Shown here: piece after piece, positions 20,847 to 29,805 of the stretch
Layout: every line of letters begins with the position of its first letter
Numbering within the stretch: the stretch's first letter is position 1
Origin: Ignavibacteria bacterium
Lineage (GTDB): Bacteria > Bacteroidota > Ignavibacteria > Tepidaquicellales > OLB5
Direction: 5' to 3'
Assembly (NCBI GenBank): GCA_017303675.1
Contig: JAFLBX010000002.1
Coordinates: forward strand, 1,300,411-1,364,410
DNA: 64,000 nt
Position numbers and translations under genes: made by a program
The notes under the pieces: model-generated
Told to the model about the DNA's origin: nothing
The model's database searches: none
What the model saw: the letters and a program-made list of their open reading frames with translations, nothing else

Positions 20847-22124
20847 ATGATAAAAGAATTAATTTTGATCTTTTTGATCGTGCCCTCAGTTGTTTTAGCG
20901 CAGTTTAAGAATATTAAAGTTAATTCAATAAGCAACAGTCCCAACGAGGTTTCAATAGCAATAAATCCAAGGCACCCCAATAACATTATTGCGGGTGCCA
21001 ACCTGAACAATTATTATTATTCATTTGACCGCGGCAGTACATGGGTAAACAAGGAAATTGCCGATGGCAAGAACGGTGTTTGGGGTGACCCGGTACTTAT
21101 ATTTGATGTAAACGGTTCGGCTTATTTTTTTCATCTTTCCAGGCCTTCAAACTCCCAGTGGATAGACAGGATTGTATGCCAGCGCTCTACAGATGGCGGG
21201 ATGACATATGAAAATCCCGGGACATATATGGGGCTTAATCCCCCGAAAAAGCAGGATAAACCATGGGCATGCGTTGATTTTACTGACAGTAAATGGAAAA
21301 ATAATATTTACGTAACATGGACACAGTTCGATGCATATGACAGCCATAACCCGGAAGATAAATCAAATATTCATTTTTCCTTCAGCTCTGATGCAGGCTC
21401 TACATGGAGCGAAGCATTAAGAATAAATAAAATTTCAGGTGATTGTGTAGATTCATCTAATACCACAGAAGGTGCCGTTCCGTGCATCGGACCAAATGGT
21501 GAAATATTTGTAAGCTGGTCTGCGCATGATAAGCTTTATTTTGACCGCTCAACCGATGGCGGTGCAACGTGGCTTGAGGATGATATAATTGCGGGCAGCC
21601 AGTACGGCGGATGGGTATATGATATTGAAGGAATTTTCAGATGCAACGGTTTGCCAATTACCCAGTGTGATATCAGCAGTTCGCCTTATAAAGGCACCAT
21701 TTATATTAACTATTCTGACAGGCGAAACGGCGAAAACGACGTGGATGTTTTTTTGGTTAGATCAACTGACGGCGGAAATACATGGAGTGATGCCCTCAGA
21801 ATAAATGATGACCCAGTTGGGAACGGCAAACAGCAGTTCATGAGCTGGATGAATGTTGACCCCTTAACCGGGGCCGTAAATATAATATATTATGACAGGC
21901 GTGACCATGATGACTGGAATACTGATGTATATCTTGCACGCTCAACAGATGGCGGTGTGACATTTGAGAATAAAAAGATATCTGAAGAACCGTTCGTACC
22001 CGTAAAATCAGTTTTCTTTGGAGATTATATAGGGGTAAGCTCTTATAACAATTACACAGCCTGTATCTGGCAAAGGCTGGATAAAGGAAAACTCAGCATA
22101 ATATATGCTGGGAATCAATTTTAA
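20847..22124 (+). CDS. Secreted BNR/sialidase-like protein, no T9SS CTD
   Basis: Signal peptide; GDP, QDKPW, RINDD, YDRR, FFGDY; ends at IIYAGNQF. Confidence 0.8.
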   Translation: MIKELILIFLIVPSVVLAQFKNIKVNSISNSPNEVSIAINPRHPNNIIAGANLNNYYYSFDRGSTWVNKEIADGKNGVWGDPVLIFDVNGSAYFFHLSRPSNSQWIDRIVCQRSTDGGMTYENPGTYMGLNPPKKQDKPWACVDFTDSKWKNNIYVTWTQFDAYDSHNPEDKSNIHFSFSSDAGSTWSEALRINKISGDCVDSSNTTEGAVPCIGPNGEIFVSWSAHDKLYFDRSTDGGATWLEDDIIAGSQYGGWVYDIEGIFRCNGLPITQCDISSSPYKGTIYINYSDRRNGENDVDVFLVRSTDGGNTWSDALRINDDPVGNGKQQFMSWMNVDPLTGAVNIIYYDRRDHDDWNTDVYLARSTDGGVTFENKKISEEPFVPVKSVFFGDYIGVSSYNNYTACIWQRLDKGKLSIIYAGNQF

Positions 22125-22153
22125 CTATTAGTATTTACATTTAACACTTAATA

Positions 22154-23905
22154 ATGGCAGAAGAATTATTCGGCGAAAACGCAGGCTACACTGTAACGGC
22201 AAGGAAATGGCGTCCAAGGGAATTTGACGATGTTACTTCCCAGGAATTTATTACAAAAACTTTAAGGAATGCGATAAAGAATAACCGTATTTCACACGCA
22301 TATTTGTTTTCGGGTCCGCGCGGTGTAGGTAAAACTACTGTTGCCAGACTTCTTGCCAAATCATTAAATTGCCTGAACCGTAAACCTAACGGTGAGCCAT
22401 GTAATGAATGTGATAGCTGCAGAGAGATAATCAATGATAACCGGAACCACCCTGATGTGTTTGAAATTGACGGCGCATCTAACAGGAACATAGAAGATGT
22501 AAGGGAACTGAAGGAAAAAGTTAAATACGGTCCTGTTCGTTCCAGGTACAAGATCTTCATTATTGATGAAGTTCATATGTTAACCGGAGCTTCGTTCAAT
22601 GCGCTGCTTAAGACACTTGAAGAACCGCCGCCGTATGTTGTGTTCATATTCGCAACTACATCCCCCGAAAAAGTGCCGCTCACTATTTTAGGCAGATGCC
22701 AGAAATTTGATTTCAAGCGTCTGACCATTGAAGAAATATCTTCCCGGCTGAAATACATAGCCGAAAATGAAAAGATAAAGGTTGATAACGAATCATTGTT
22801 CTTTATTGCAAAAAAAGGCGATGGTTCAATGCGCGATGCCCAGGGCCTCTTTGATATGTCAGCAGCTTACTGCGATAATGATATTACATTCGAAAAGCTG
22901 AAGGCATTTTTCAACCTGGCTCAAAGTGATGTGTATTTCGGTATATCCGATCTTGTAAAGCAGAAAGATGCAAAAGGCCTGCTGAACTATTTTGACAGCC
23001 TGATGGATAAAGGTTATGATATGCAGATATTTCTTGATGGGCTTACAGAACATTACCGCAATCTTCTGATTGCATGCTCTACCGGAAGCGCTGAGCTTAT
23101 CATTGAGTCAGAACCTGTTAAGATAAAATATTCAGAAAATATCAGCAAATTCACTCAGCTTGAAATTATTAACTCACTTAAGCTTATACTTCAGACTGAA
23201 TATACATTCAAGTATTCTTCCAATCAGCGTACGCTGATTGAAGCGCTGCTTGTTGAACTGATAAAATTTACCGATACCCGTGAAATTTCACAGATACTCG
23301 AAGAGCTGAACCGTTTAAAATCCGGCGGGAGTACTTCTAATTTCAGCACCGGCAGTGCAGGTGAAAAGAAAAACGCTTCAGCACCTGAAAACAGAATACA
23401 GTATACATCTAAAAATGAAGCCCGTGTTAATGTAACTTACGATACAACACCACGTAAACCCGCAGAACCCAGCACACAGACTGTCAGCAGCACAGTAACA
23501 GAATCATCAGTACATACAATAAACCTGGCTGATGCTGCAAGCGACTTGAATACTCACTGGTTAAGCATTAAAGATCAGATTAAAACCGAGCGTAAATGGG
23601 TTTACAGCATCATTAAAGATACCACATTTGAGCAGGATGAAAAAATGAACCTGCTTATCAGGGTTGATGATACCAGCTACGAGCTGGTTGATGGCTACAA
23701 AGATTACCTCGCAGGAAAAATATCAAAATATTTCGGTGAATCATTAAGTATCGGCCTGGTAAAAAGCTCTGAGTTCATTTCCAGCTCATCAGGTGCAGGT
23801 TATATCAGCGAAGAATCCGCTGAAACAGGTAATGAACCAGATAATTTTGATAAGATCAGAAGTATATTACTAAAAGATTTTAACGCTAAAGAAATAAGTA
23901 AATGA
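22154..23905 (+). CDS. dnaX: DNA polymerase III subunit gamma/tau
   Basis: ARKWRP, GPRGVGKT Walker A, Cys4 zinc module, IIDEVHML, LLKTLEEPP. Confidence 0.95.
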   Translation: MAEELFGENAGYTVTARKWRPREFDDVTSQEFITKTLRNAIKNNRISHAYLFSGPRGVGKTTVARLLAKSLNCLNRKPNGEPCNECDSCREIINDNRNHPDVFEIDGASNRNIEDVRELKEKVKYGPVRSRYKIFIIDEVHMLTGASFNALLKTLEEPPPYVVFIFATTSPEKVPLTILGRCQKFDFKRLTIEEISSRLKYIAENEKIKVDNESLFFIAKKGDGSMRDAQGLFDMSAAYCDNDITFEKLKAFFNLAQSDVYFGISDLVKQKDAKGLLNYFDSLMDKGYDMQIFLDGLTEHYRNLLIACSTGSAELIIESEPVKIKYSENISKFTQLEIINSLKLILQTEYTFKYSSNQRTLIEALLVELIKFTDTREISQILEELNRLKSGGSTSNFSTGSAGEKKNASAPENRIQYTSKNEARVNVTYDTTPRKPAEPSTQTVSSTVTESSVHTINLADAASDLNTHWLSIKDQIKTERKWVYSIIKDTTFEQDEKMNLLIRVDDTSYELVDGYKDYLAGKISKYFGESLSIGLVKSSEFISSSSGAGYISEESAETGNEPDNFDKIRSILLKDFNAKEISK

Positions 23906-24795
23906 GCAAAGGCTGCAAAACACTTCCATTAAAGAAAAATTTCCTCGCAATTGAAAAAGAGTATTCAAACTATAAAAATTCAAAGGTTGTAATACTTTCT
24001 GCACCATATGAAAAAACCACGTCATACGGTAAAGGGACTGCAAAGGGTCCCGGCGCTATTTTAGAAGCTTCGCATTATGTTGAATTTTTTGATGAAGAGA
24101 CCGAAAAGCAGGTATGCTTTGATATCGGGATTGCCGCAATAGAACCAATGAAATTCGGAAAGCTAACAGGCAAAAAAGCCCTGGATCTTATCTACCGGAA
24201 TGTTGATGAGAATATCAGGAACGGAAAGTTTGTTATAACACTTGGCGGAGAGCACTCAATTAGCACTGCGCCAATAAAGGCGCATTATGATAATTACAGT
24301 GATCTTTCCATCCTGCATTTAGATGCGCATTCAGACCTGCGCGAAGAGTATGAGGGGTCTAAATATTCTCATGCATCATTTGCAGCCAGAGTTTCTGAGT
24401 TTACTACAGATATAACACAGGTAGGGATCCGTGCGCAGTGCAAAGAGGAGTTCGATTTTATTAAAGCAAAAGGTATAAATACCTTTTATGCCTTTCAAAT
24501 GCGCGACCGGGGTTTTGATGAAAAGCTTATCAATGATATAACCGGCACATTAAAGAAGAATGTTTATATTACTTTTGATGTGGATTATTTTGATCCATCA
24601 ATCATGCCTTCAACAGGTACACCCGAGCCGAATGGCTTTTATTGGGATGAAACAATGAGGCTGCTGAAGAAGGTTTGCGCTGAAAGAAACCTGGTTGGAT
24701 TTGATGTTGTTGAGCTTGCGCCGCAGAAAGATTATACTTTCCCTGACTTCTTAACAGCAAAGCTGATTTATAAGATATTGAATTATAAGTTTTAG
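23902..24795 (+). CDS. speB: Agmatinase (ureohydrolase family)
   Basis: LGGEHS, LDAHSD, TFDVDYFDPS, PSTGTPEP; ATGA overlap with dnaX stop. Confidence 0.85.
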   Translation: MSKGCKTLPLKKNFLAIEKEYSNYKNSKVVILSAPYEKTTSYGKGTAKGPGAILEASHYVEFFDEETEKQVCFDIGIAAIEPMKFGKLTGKKALDLIYRNVDENIRNGKFVITLGGEHSISTAPIKAHYDNYSDLSILHLDAHSDLREEYEGSKYSHASFAARVSEFTTDITQVGIRAQCKEEFDFIKAKGINTFYAFQMRDRGFDEKLINDITGTLKKNVYITFDVDYFDPSIMPSTGTPEPNGFYWDETMRLLKKVCAERNLVGFDVVELAPQKDYTFPDFLTAKLIYKILNYKF

Positions 24796-24817
24796 AAAGT
24801 TCTTTCTTGAGCTAAAT

Positions 24818-24850
24818 GCAGAGACGGCGCGGTAGGTCGTCTTTTTTTTT
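24818..24850 (+). terminator. GTAGAGACG-type palindrome acting as probable speB terminator
   Basis: GCAG-AGACGGC-GCGGTAG-GTCGTCT followed by a long T run. Confidence 0.55.
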
Positions 24851-24856
24851 GAAAAA

Positions 24857-24978
24857 TTTTGCGAGGAGAATTTGTACTGCAAATTCGGTGTGGTAATCTT
24901 TTTATAGTAAAGATAGGTTAATTTGTATTGGTAAATTGTCGTCTAGATTCTTCGCTCGCTTCGCTCACTCAGAATGAC
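24857..24978. repeat. Third bipartite palindromic unit
   Basis: Left arm 24861-24899, right arm GTCTAGATTCTTCGCTCGCTTCGCTCACTCAGAATGAC at 24941-24978. Confidence 0.8.
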
Positions 24979-25028
24979 AGAGATATTCCCGATTCAATCG
25001 GGATTGGTTTGAGTCGCTATTTTGGCAT

Positions 25029-25133
25029 AAAAAAAGGCAGGCACAAGTGCCTGCCTGAAAACTAGCCATCCCAATTATTCTAAAAATTCTTTGGGCTGCT
25101 AAACGAAGCTTTTGCGTAGTTTAGCGGAGAGGG
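25029..25133. repeat. Direct repeat copy 1 (tRNA 3' end + hairpin + terminator)
   Basis: About 6 mismatches over ~103 bp versus 25509-25611. Confidence 0.9.
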
Positions 25134-25193
25134 TTGACTGCGCTAAAGCTTCGTCAACCGGGGAGTTAATGAATTTCTTTATTTGAAATTTTA

Positions 25194-25472
25194 TCAGATT
25201 AAATCATTAGCATTGGGTTTCAATACAGGTTTCTGTAAAATCCTTTTAAACAATACGGCTTTTCCTGAACCTGTCTTGAAATATCTTTCTAGGTTTCTCG
25301 CCTGACTTTCAGTTTTTACTCCAATAAACGCCTCAAACTCGAAAGGTTTATAATGTTTCGTTGATTGAGCTAATCCTTCATTATGTTCCAGCAATCTTCT
25401 CTTTAAATTGTTGGTTGAACCAATATATCGAAAATTTGAATTTATACTCTTCAATATGTATACGTACCACAT
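25194..25472 (-). CDS. Small standalone GIY-YIG nuclease
   Basis: YVYIL...YIGST, RRLLEHN (Arg), LERYFK (Glu); 92 aa. Confidence 0.85.
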   Translation of the reverse strand: MWYVYILKSINSNFRYIGSTNNLKRRLLEHNEGLAQSTKHYKPFEFEAFIGVKTESQARNLERYFKTGSGKAVLFKRILQKPVLKPNANDLI

Positions 25473-25508
25473 AATTATTGGATTAATATTTTTTATATGT
25501 TTTAAAAT

Positions 25509-25611
25509 AAAAAGGCAGGCACAAGTGCCTGCCTAAAAACTAGCCATACCAATTATTCAAAAAATTGTTTGGCCTGCTAAACGAAGCTTTAGCGTAGTTT
25601 AGCGGAGAGGG
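25509..25611. repeat. Direct repeat copy 2, overlapping the tRNA-Ser 3' end
   Basis: AAAAAGGCAGGCACAAGTGCCTGCCT...GCTAAACGAAGCTTTAGCGTAGTTTAGCGGAGAGGG. Confidence 0.9.
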
Positions 25612-25692
25612 AGGGATTCGAACCCTCGATAGAGGTTAACCCCCTATGACGGTTTAGCAAACCGTTGGTTTGAGCCACTCACCCACCTCTCC
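25603..25692 (-). tRNA. tRNA-Ser(GCT), CCA not encoded
   Basis: GGAGAGG/CCTCTCC acceptor, ACGGT-TTGCTAA-ACCGT anticodon arm, long variable arm, GGTTCGAATCC. Confidence 0.95.
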
Positions 25693-25762
25693 GGCGTGAA
25701 AATCAGCTCAATAGAAAGCAAATTTACAAATTTTATTGATTTTAATAAAGGGTAAGATTTTT

Positions 25763-27022
25763 CTACTTTTTGAAATCTACATACATATGTTCAAAATTCA
25801 GCACCATTTCGCTGAATTCCCCCATATAATCCTGCCCGAGATTGCCGTAAAAGGATTTATCATGATCCTTTATACGTTCTGAAACAAGTTTTACATCATC
25901 CAGTTTGAGCCTTGAAGTACCGATCCGGAAAATAAGGTCATTCAATACAAATCCTTTAACTTTAATTGTACCGCCGGCACCGCCAAATTCAATTTCTTCA
26001 GGTTCATACTTTTTATCTATGACACTTTTATTAAGCCTGTAATATGAAGAATATAAAAGAGTGGTTTTTGCACCTGTATCAAACGTAAATGCAAGTGAAT
26101 CGTTATTATTAATAACTTCTATCACCGGGATAAATCCATCTATCAGTAAATTAGAATTTATTGCCGGGTTTCTTTTAGCAGGGATAAAAATCTCACTTTT
26201 TCTTATATGCAGCTCTTTCATTTCCTGGATCACCGGTAACCCGATTATACCGTTAATTACATACAAACCCCCGGCAAAAGAAAGCGACTCATCAGGCATA
26301 ACAAGGAATAATACATTGCTTATCTTTATATTACCAATTTCAAGCAATTCTGCATAAGCTAACCTTGATGTAATCTTCTTTCCGGTAACAGAACCAACTT
26401 CGAACCCCCCGCCGATCATAACCATTTTCAGTTTTTTAGCGTAACTTTCACTAACTACTGAAAAATTAGCACCTGTATCAAAAATAAAATCTTCGGTATG
26501 ACCGTTACACTTTACGGGAATATTTATTAATCCCGCGAGATCTTTTTTAATGTTAATTTTTGAGTCACCTGAAATTTCAGCAATCTGCGCGCCAAGATCC
26601 CCCGCTGCTTTCCAGATAATCAAAGAATTTTTTATATCATCCATTTCGGATGAATCTATCAATGATGAATAATTCTGAATGATATATTCTGAACAAAATG
26701 CTGCGTCTTTATAATCATATAGATGCACAGAATTTTTCATTCTTGTTTCATATAGCAGCATTTTTAAGGAATCATGGATTTCAGCAGCATGTAAAGTAAG
26801 AAGATCGTTTATCAGTAAATTAGACTCCGCATTTTTGCTCTGCAGGTTAAATACAAGTGAGTTTATAAACTTATTTTGCCATTCACTAAGCTCAGTTTTT
26901 TCAGAATATTTTACAAGACGGAAAAAATCTTTATTTTCGTTCAGAATAAGCAGATCATTAAAGCCTGTTTGAGAGCAGATATTTGTTGCAACGAGGGTCA
27001 TAACGAGGAACAGAGTTTTCAT
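25763..27022 (-). CDS. Secreted double-domain retropepsin-like aspartyl protease
   Basis: Signal peptide; two DTG motifs (FIFDTGAN, FTFDTGAK); GIIG and GNLG flap-type motifs. Confidence 0.8.
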   Translation of the reverse strand: MKTLFLVMTLVATNICSQTGFNDLLILNENKDFFRLVKYSEKTELSEWQNKFINSLVFNLQSKNAESNLLINDLLTLHAAEIHDSLKMLLYETRMKNSVHLYDYKDAAFCSEYIIQNYSSLIDSSEMDDIKNSLIIWKAAGDLGAQIAEISGDSKINIKKDLAGLINIPVKCNGHTEDFIFDTGANFSVVSESYAKKLKMVMIGGGFEVGSVTGKKITSRLAYAELLEIGNIKISNVLFLVMPDESLSFAGGLYVINGIIGLPVIQEMKELHIRKSEIFIPAKRNPAINSNLLIDGFIPVIEVINNNDSLAFTFDTGAKTTLLYSSYYRLNKSVIDKKYEPEEIEFGGAGGTIKVKGFVLNDLIFRIGTSRLKLDDVKLVSERIKDHDKSFYGNLGQDYMGEFSEMVLNFEHMYVDFKK

Positions 27023-27103
27023 ATTATTGAATATTTTTACAAAGTTACCTTAAGCAATAAAAAATGTATTGTAAAAATACGACATAGGGTATCCGGATCT
27101 ATT

Positions 27104-27913
27104 TTAATCCAAAAGATTTTGATGTTTAATCCTTTTTTGCCTGCTTTCAAAAGCGCTAGGAAGCATACCGGTAAGTTCTTTGAATTCACGGTAATAATGG
27201 GACTGGTCGTAATATCCCATTTCAACCAGGGCATCGTAGTGCCTGAAATTATTCTTCACAAGCTTATTGGCAAGAGTATGAAACCTCACAATTTTACAAA
27301 ATTCTTTCGGTGATAGTCCTGTGGATGCAGTAAAATTCCGCTGGAACTGCCTGGAACTGATTTTCAGCGAAGCATAAATTGATTCCATCTTTACATTACC
27401 ATCAGATTTAAGGATTACATCGATTTTGCTTAGCAGCTCATTCTGTTTTTCAGATGCTTCAGTATTAAAACCGCGGATAAAATCATAGAAAGCTGCAATT
27501 TTTTTAATGATATTACCTGCTTTGAAATAATTTTCAAATAGTCTTTTGTAAGATCTTTTTTCAATTATTTCAGATAATTGCACAATTTTATCCAATGAAG
27601 TTTCCGGGTTTACTCCAAGCAGTCTGTGAAGTATTGCCGGTTTAAACCTGAAGCCGCATGTTAATTGTTTGGTGAAATGCTGGACCTGGATTGGTATAGT
27701 ATTGGGTCCTGTAAGGAAAACTTGCTTTTGTTTAGAGCTTCCTTCGGTGAAAATAATAGATGCTGTGTAATCAGGAAGTATCCTGAAATTTCTGCCGATT
27801 TCAGAGAATGCCGGTGAATTGAACAGCCATATTTTATTGATCAGTCCAGAGAGTTCAAATGGAGGTTTAATCTCTTCGTATTTATAAAAGGATTCTTTTG
27901 CCGGCTTATGCAT
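27104..27913 (-). CDS. AraC-family transcriptional regulator
   Basis: ILPD N-terminal domain; SSRQFQRNF...GLSPK and GYYDQSHYYREFK HTH motifs. Confidence 0.85.
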   Translation of the reverse strand: MHKPAKESFYKYEEIKPPFELSGLINKIWLFNSPAFSEIGRNFRILPDYTASIIFTEGSSKQKQVFLTGPNTIPIQVQHFTKQLTCGFRFKPAILHRLLGVNPETSLDKIVQLSEIIEKRSYKRLFENYFKAGNIIKKIAAFYDFIRGFNTEASEKQNELLSKIDVILKSDGNVKMESIYASLKISSRQFQRNFTASTGLSPKEFCKIVRFHTLANKLVKNNFRHYDALVEMGYYDQSHYYREFKELTGMLPSAFESRQKRIKHQNLLD

Positions 27914-27965
27914 AAGCCAAATTTAGCAATAAGGGTTAAAACTTAAAATGTAAAGGTCTTTACTT

Positions 27966-28163
27966 TTAATAATCCATATACCTGAATCTTTTTTCAAGCA
28001 ATGCAGGATCGGTTTCACTAGTCCTATCAAGAGCTTCATCAAAATTATGTATCATATTTTCCATAATAAAATCACGCTTTTGTGTTTTGTCGTGATTGTT
28101 AAGCTCTTCTTCCAGCTGATTCAACCGGAGTTCAAGTTCTTCAAGAAATGATAATTTATCCAT
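27966..28163 (-). CDS. Small coiled-coil hypothetical protein
   Basis: 65-aa ATG ORF filling the gap between same-strand genes; LEELELRLNQLEEEL. Confidence 0.45.
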   Translation of the reverse strand: MDKLSFLEELELRLNQLEEELNNHDKTQKRDFIMENMIHNFDEALDRTSETDPALLEKRFRYMDY

Positions 28164-28269
28164 TTTATTATTAATTAAAAAAATTTCCGGGTAATAATAC
28201 CAAACTTTTCATCATAAAGGTAATGTTAAATAATCTATACTGCTTTGTTAGTGTTTTGGGGACAATTAC

Positions 28270-29805
28270 TCAGGAGTACTTAAACCTGGTTTGATAATTA
28301 CTTCCCCGGAAATTAATTTTATATTTAGTGCCGTTTGAAGGTATAAGCTCAATTCTGCCTTCTAGCTGGCTTACAAGCATTTCAATCAAATGCATTCCGA
28401 AGCTCACAACATGACCGTTCATAATATTCAGAGGGATACCAACCCCATCATCATAATATTCAAGTTCATATTCATTTTCACCGAATTCTTTTAAGGTGAT
28501 CTTTATGTTTCCATTTCTTCCCTGCGGGAAACCATGTTTTAAAGAGTTCGTAATAATTTCGTTCACCAGCAAACCGAACGGAACTGCAGTTTCAATTGTG
28601 AACATAATATTATCTGCATTAATGAGAAAGCTTACAGCATCTTTATGGTCAGCATAGCTGACCAGGAGCTGGCTTGACAGGCTTTTTAAATATTCTTCCA
28701 TATCAATTTTTGAAAGCTCAGCTGACCTGTATAAATGCTGATGTATAAGTGCCATAGAGCGAACCCTGTTCTGGCTAATTGTAAGCTGATTCTTGAGCTT
28801 TAAATCATCTACCGATGCAGACTGAAGGTTAAGCAGGCTTATTACGATCTGAAGGTTATTTTTCACCCGGTGGTGAATTTCCTTCAGCATAATTTCCTTG
28901 TCTTTAAGGCTTTGCTCAAGCTTTTTATCCTTAATAATTTCTTCTGTTATATCATCTTTAATAGCAATAAAATTAGTTATCCTGTCATTTTCATCTATTA
29001 CCGGTGTTATTTTTATTCTTTCCCAGTATTCTTCACCTGATTTTTTTCTGTTCTTAAGGTCACCTTCCCATACTTTTCCTGTTAAAATTGTAGTCCAGAG
29101 ATCTTTGTAAATTTCATCAGGTGTTTCAGCTGATCTTAATACATTTGGATTGTGATTGATAGCTTCTTTTTTTGAATAACCTGTAAGATCTTCAAATTTT
29201 TTATTCACATATTCAATTTTTCCGTTGATATCAGTAATGACTATAGTATTTGAAGACTGTTCTACCGCTGCTGAAAGCCGGGAAACATTTTTTTCTGATT
29301 CTATTCTCGCAGTAACATCCCTCGAAATAATTACGATATTTTCACCGGCAGAACCTTCATACCTGGTACCTGCTGATTCAAGGTATGAATAACTACCATC
29401 TGCCTTTAAAAACCTGTATGAACTTATAATTGCTTTTCCGGGAGTTCTTAATCCTTTGTTAAAATCTGAATAAACACGTCTGAGATCATCTTTATGAACA
29501 AACCTGAAAGCATTCTGCCCGATAAGCTCATTTTTTGAATAACCGAGCATTTTTTCTATAGAATCACTTTCATACAAAATAACTCCGGATGGTGAAAGTA
29601 CGGTGATAATATCAGATGATAGATTTATAAGGGCCTTAAGAACATCATCAGTAATTGGGTTATAAATTTCATGCAAACCGGAATCCTGTTCATCATCAAA
29701 GAAATCAGGTTCAAGGTCTTTTGCACCTGTAAGAGCTGAAGAATCTTTAAAAAACAGAATTTTGTTAAGAGTTTGCTGCATTTTCTTTTTGTTTTGATCT
29801 TTCAT
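28270..29805 (-). CDS. Cytoplasmic PAS-PAS histidine kinase (HisKA_2 type); start may be ATG 29781
   Basis: Two PAS/PAC domains; KEIHHRVKNNLQ H-box; NEIITNSLKHGF, DDGVG. Confidence 0.9.
   Translation of the reverse strand: MKDQNKKKMQQTLNKILFFKDSSALTGAKDLEPDFFDDEQDSGLHEIYNPITDDVLKALINLSSDIITVLSPSGVILYESDSIEKMLGYSKNELIGQNAFRFVHKDDLRRVYSDFNKGLRTPGKAIISSYRFLKADGSYSYLESAGTRYEGSAGENIVIISRDVTARIESEKNVSRLSAAVEQSSNTIVITDINGKIEYVNKKFEDLTGYSKKEAINHNPNVLRSAETPDEIYKDLWTTILTGKVWEGDLKNRKKSGEEYWERIKITPVIDENDRITNFIAIKDDITEEIIKDKKLEQSLKDKEIMLKEIHHRVKNNLQIVISLLNLQSASVDDLKLKNQLTISQNRVRSMALIHQHLYRSAELSKIDMEEYLKSLSSQLLVSYADHKDAVSFLINADNIMFTIETAVPFGLLVNEIITNSLKHGFPQGRNGNIKITLKEFGENEYELEYYDDGVGIPLNIMNGHVVSFGMHLIEMLVSQLEGRIELIPSNGTKYKINFRGSNYQTRFKYS

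Noticed and set aside
22809-22817. A-AAA-AAA slippery heptamer in dnaX as a gamma/tau frameshift site
   Set aside because: Lies near codon 220 inside the clamp-loader core, far before the expected junction; no stimulatory hairpin seen
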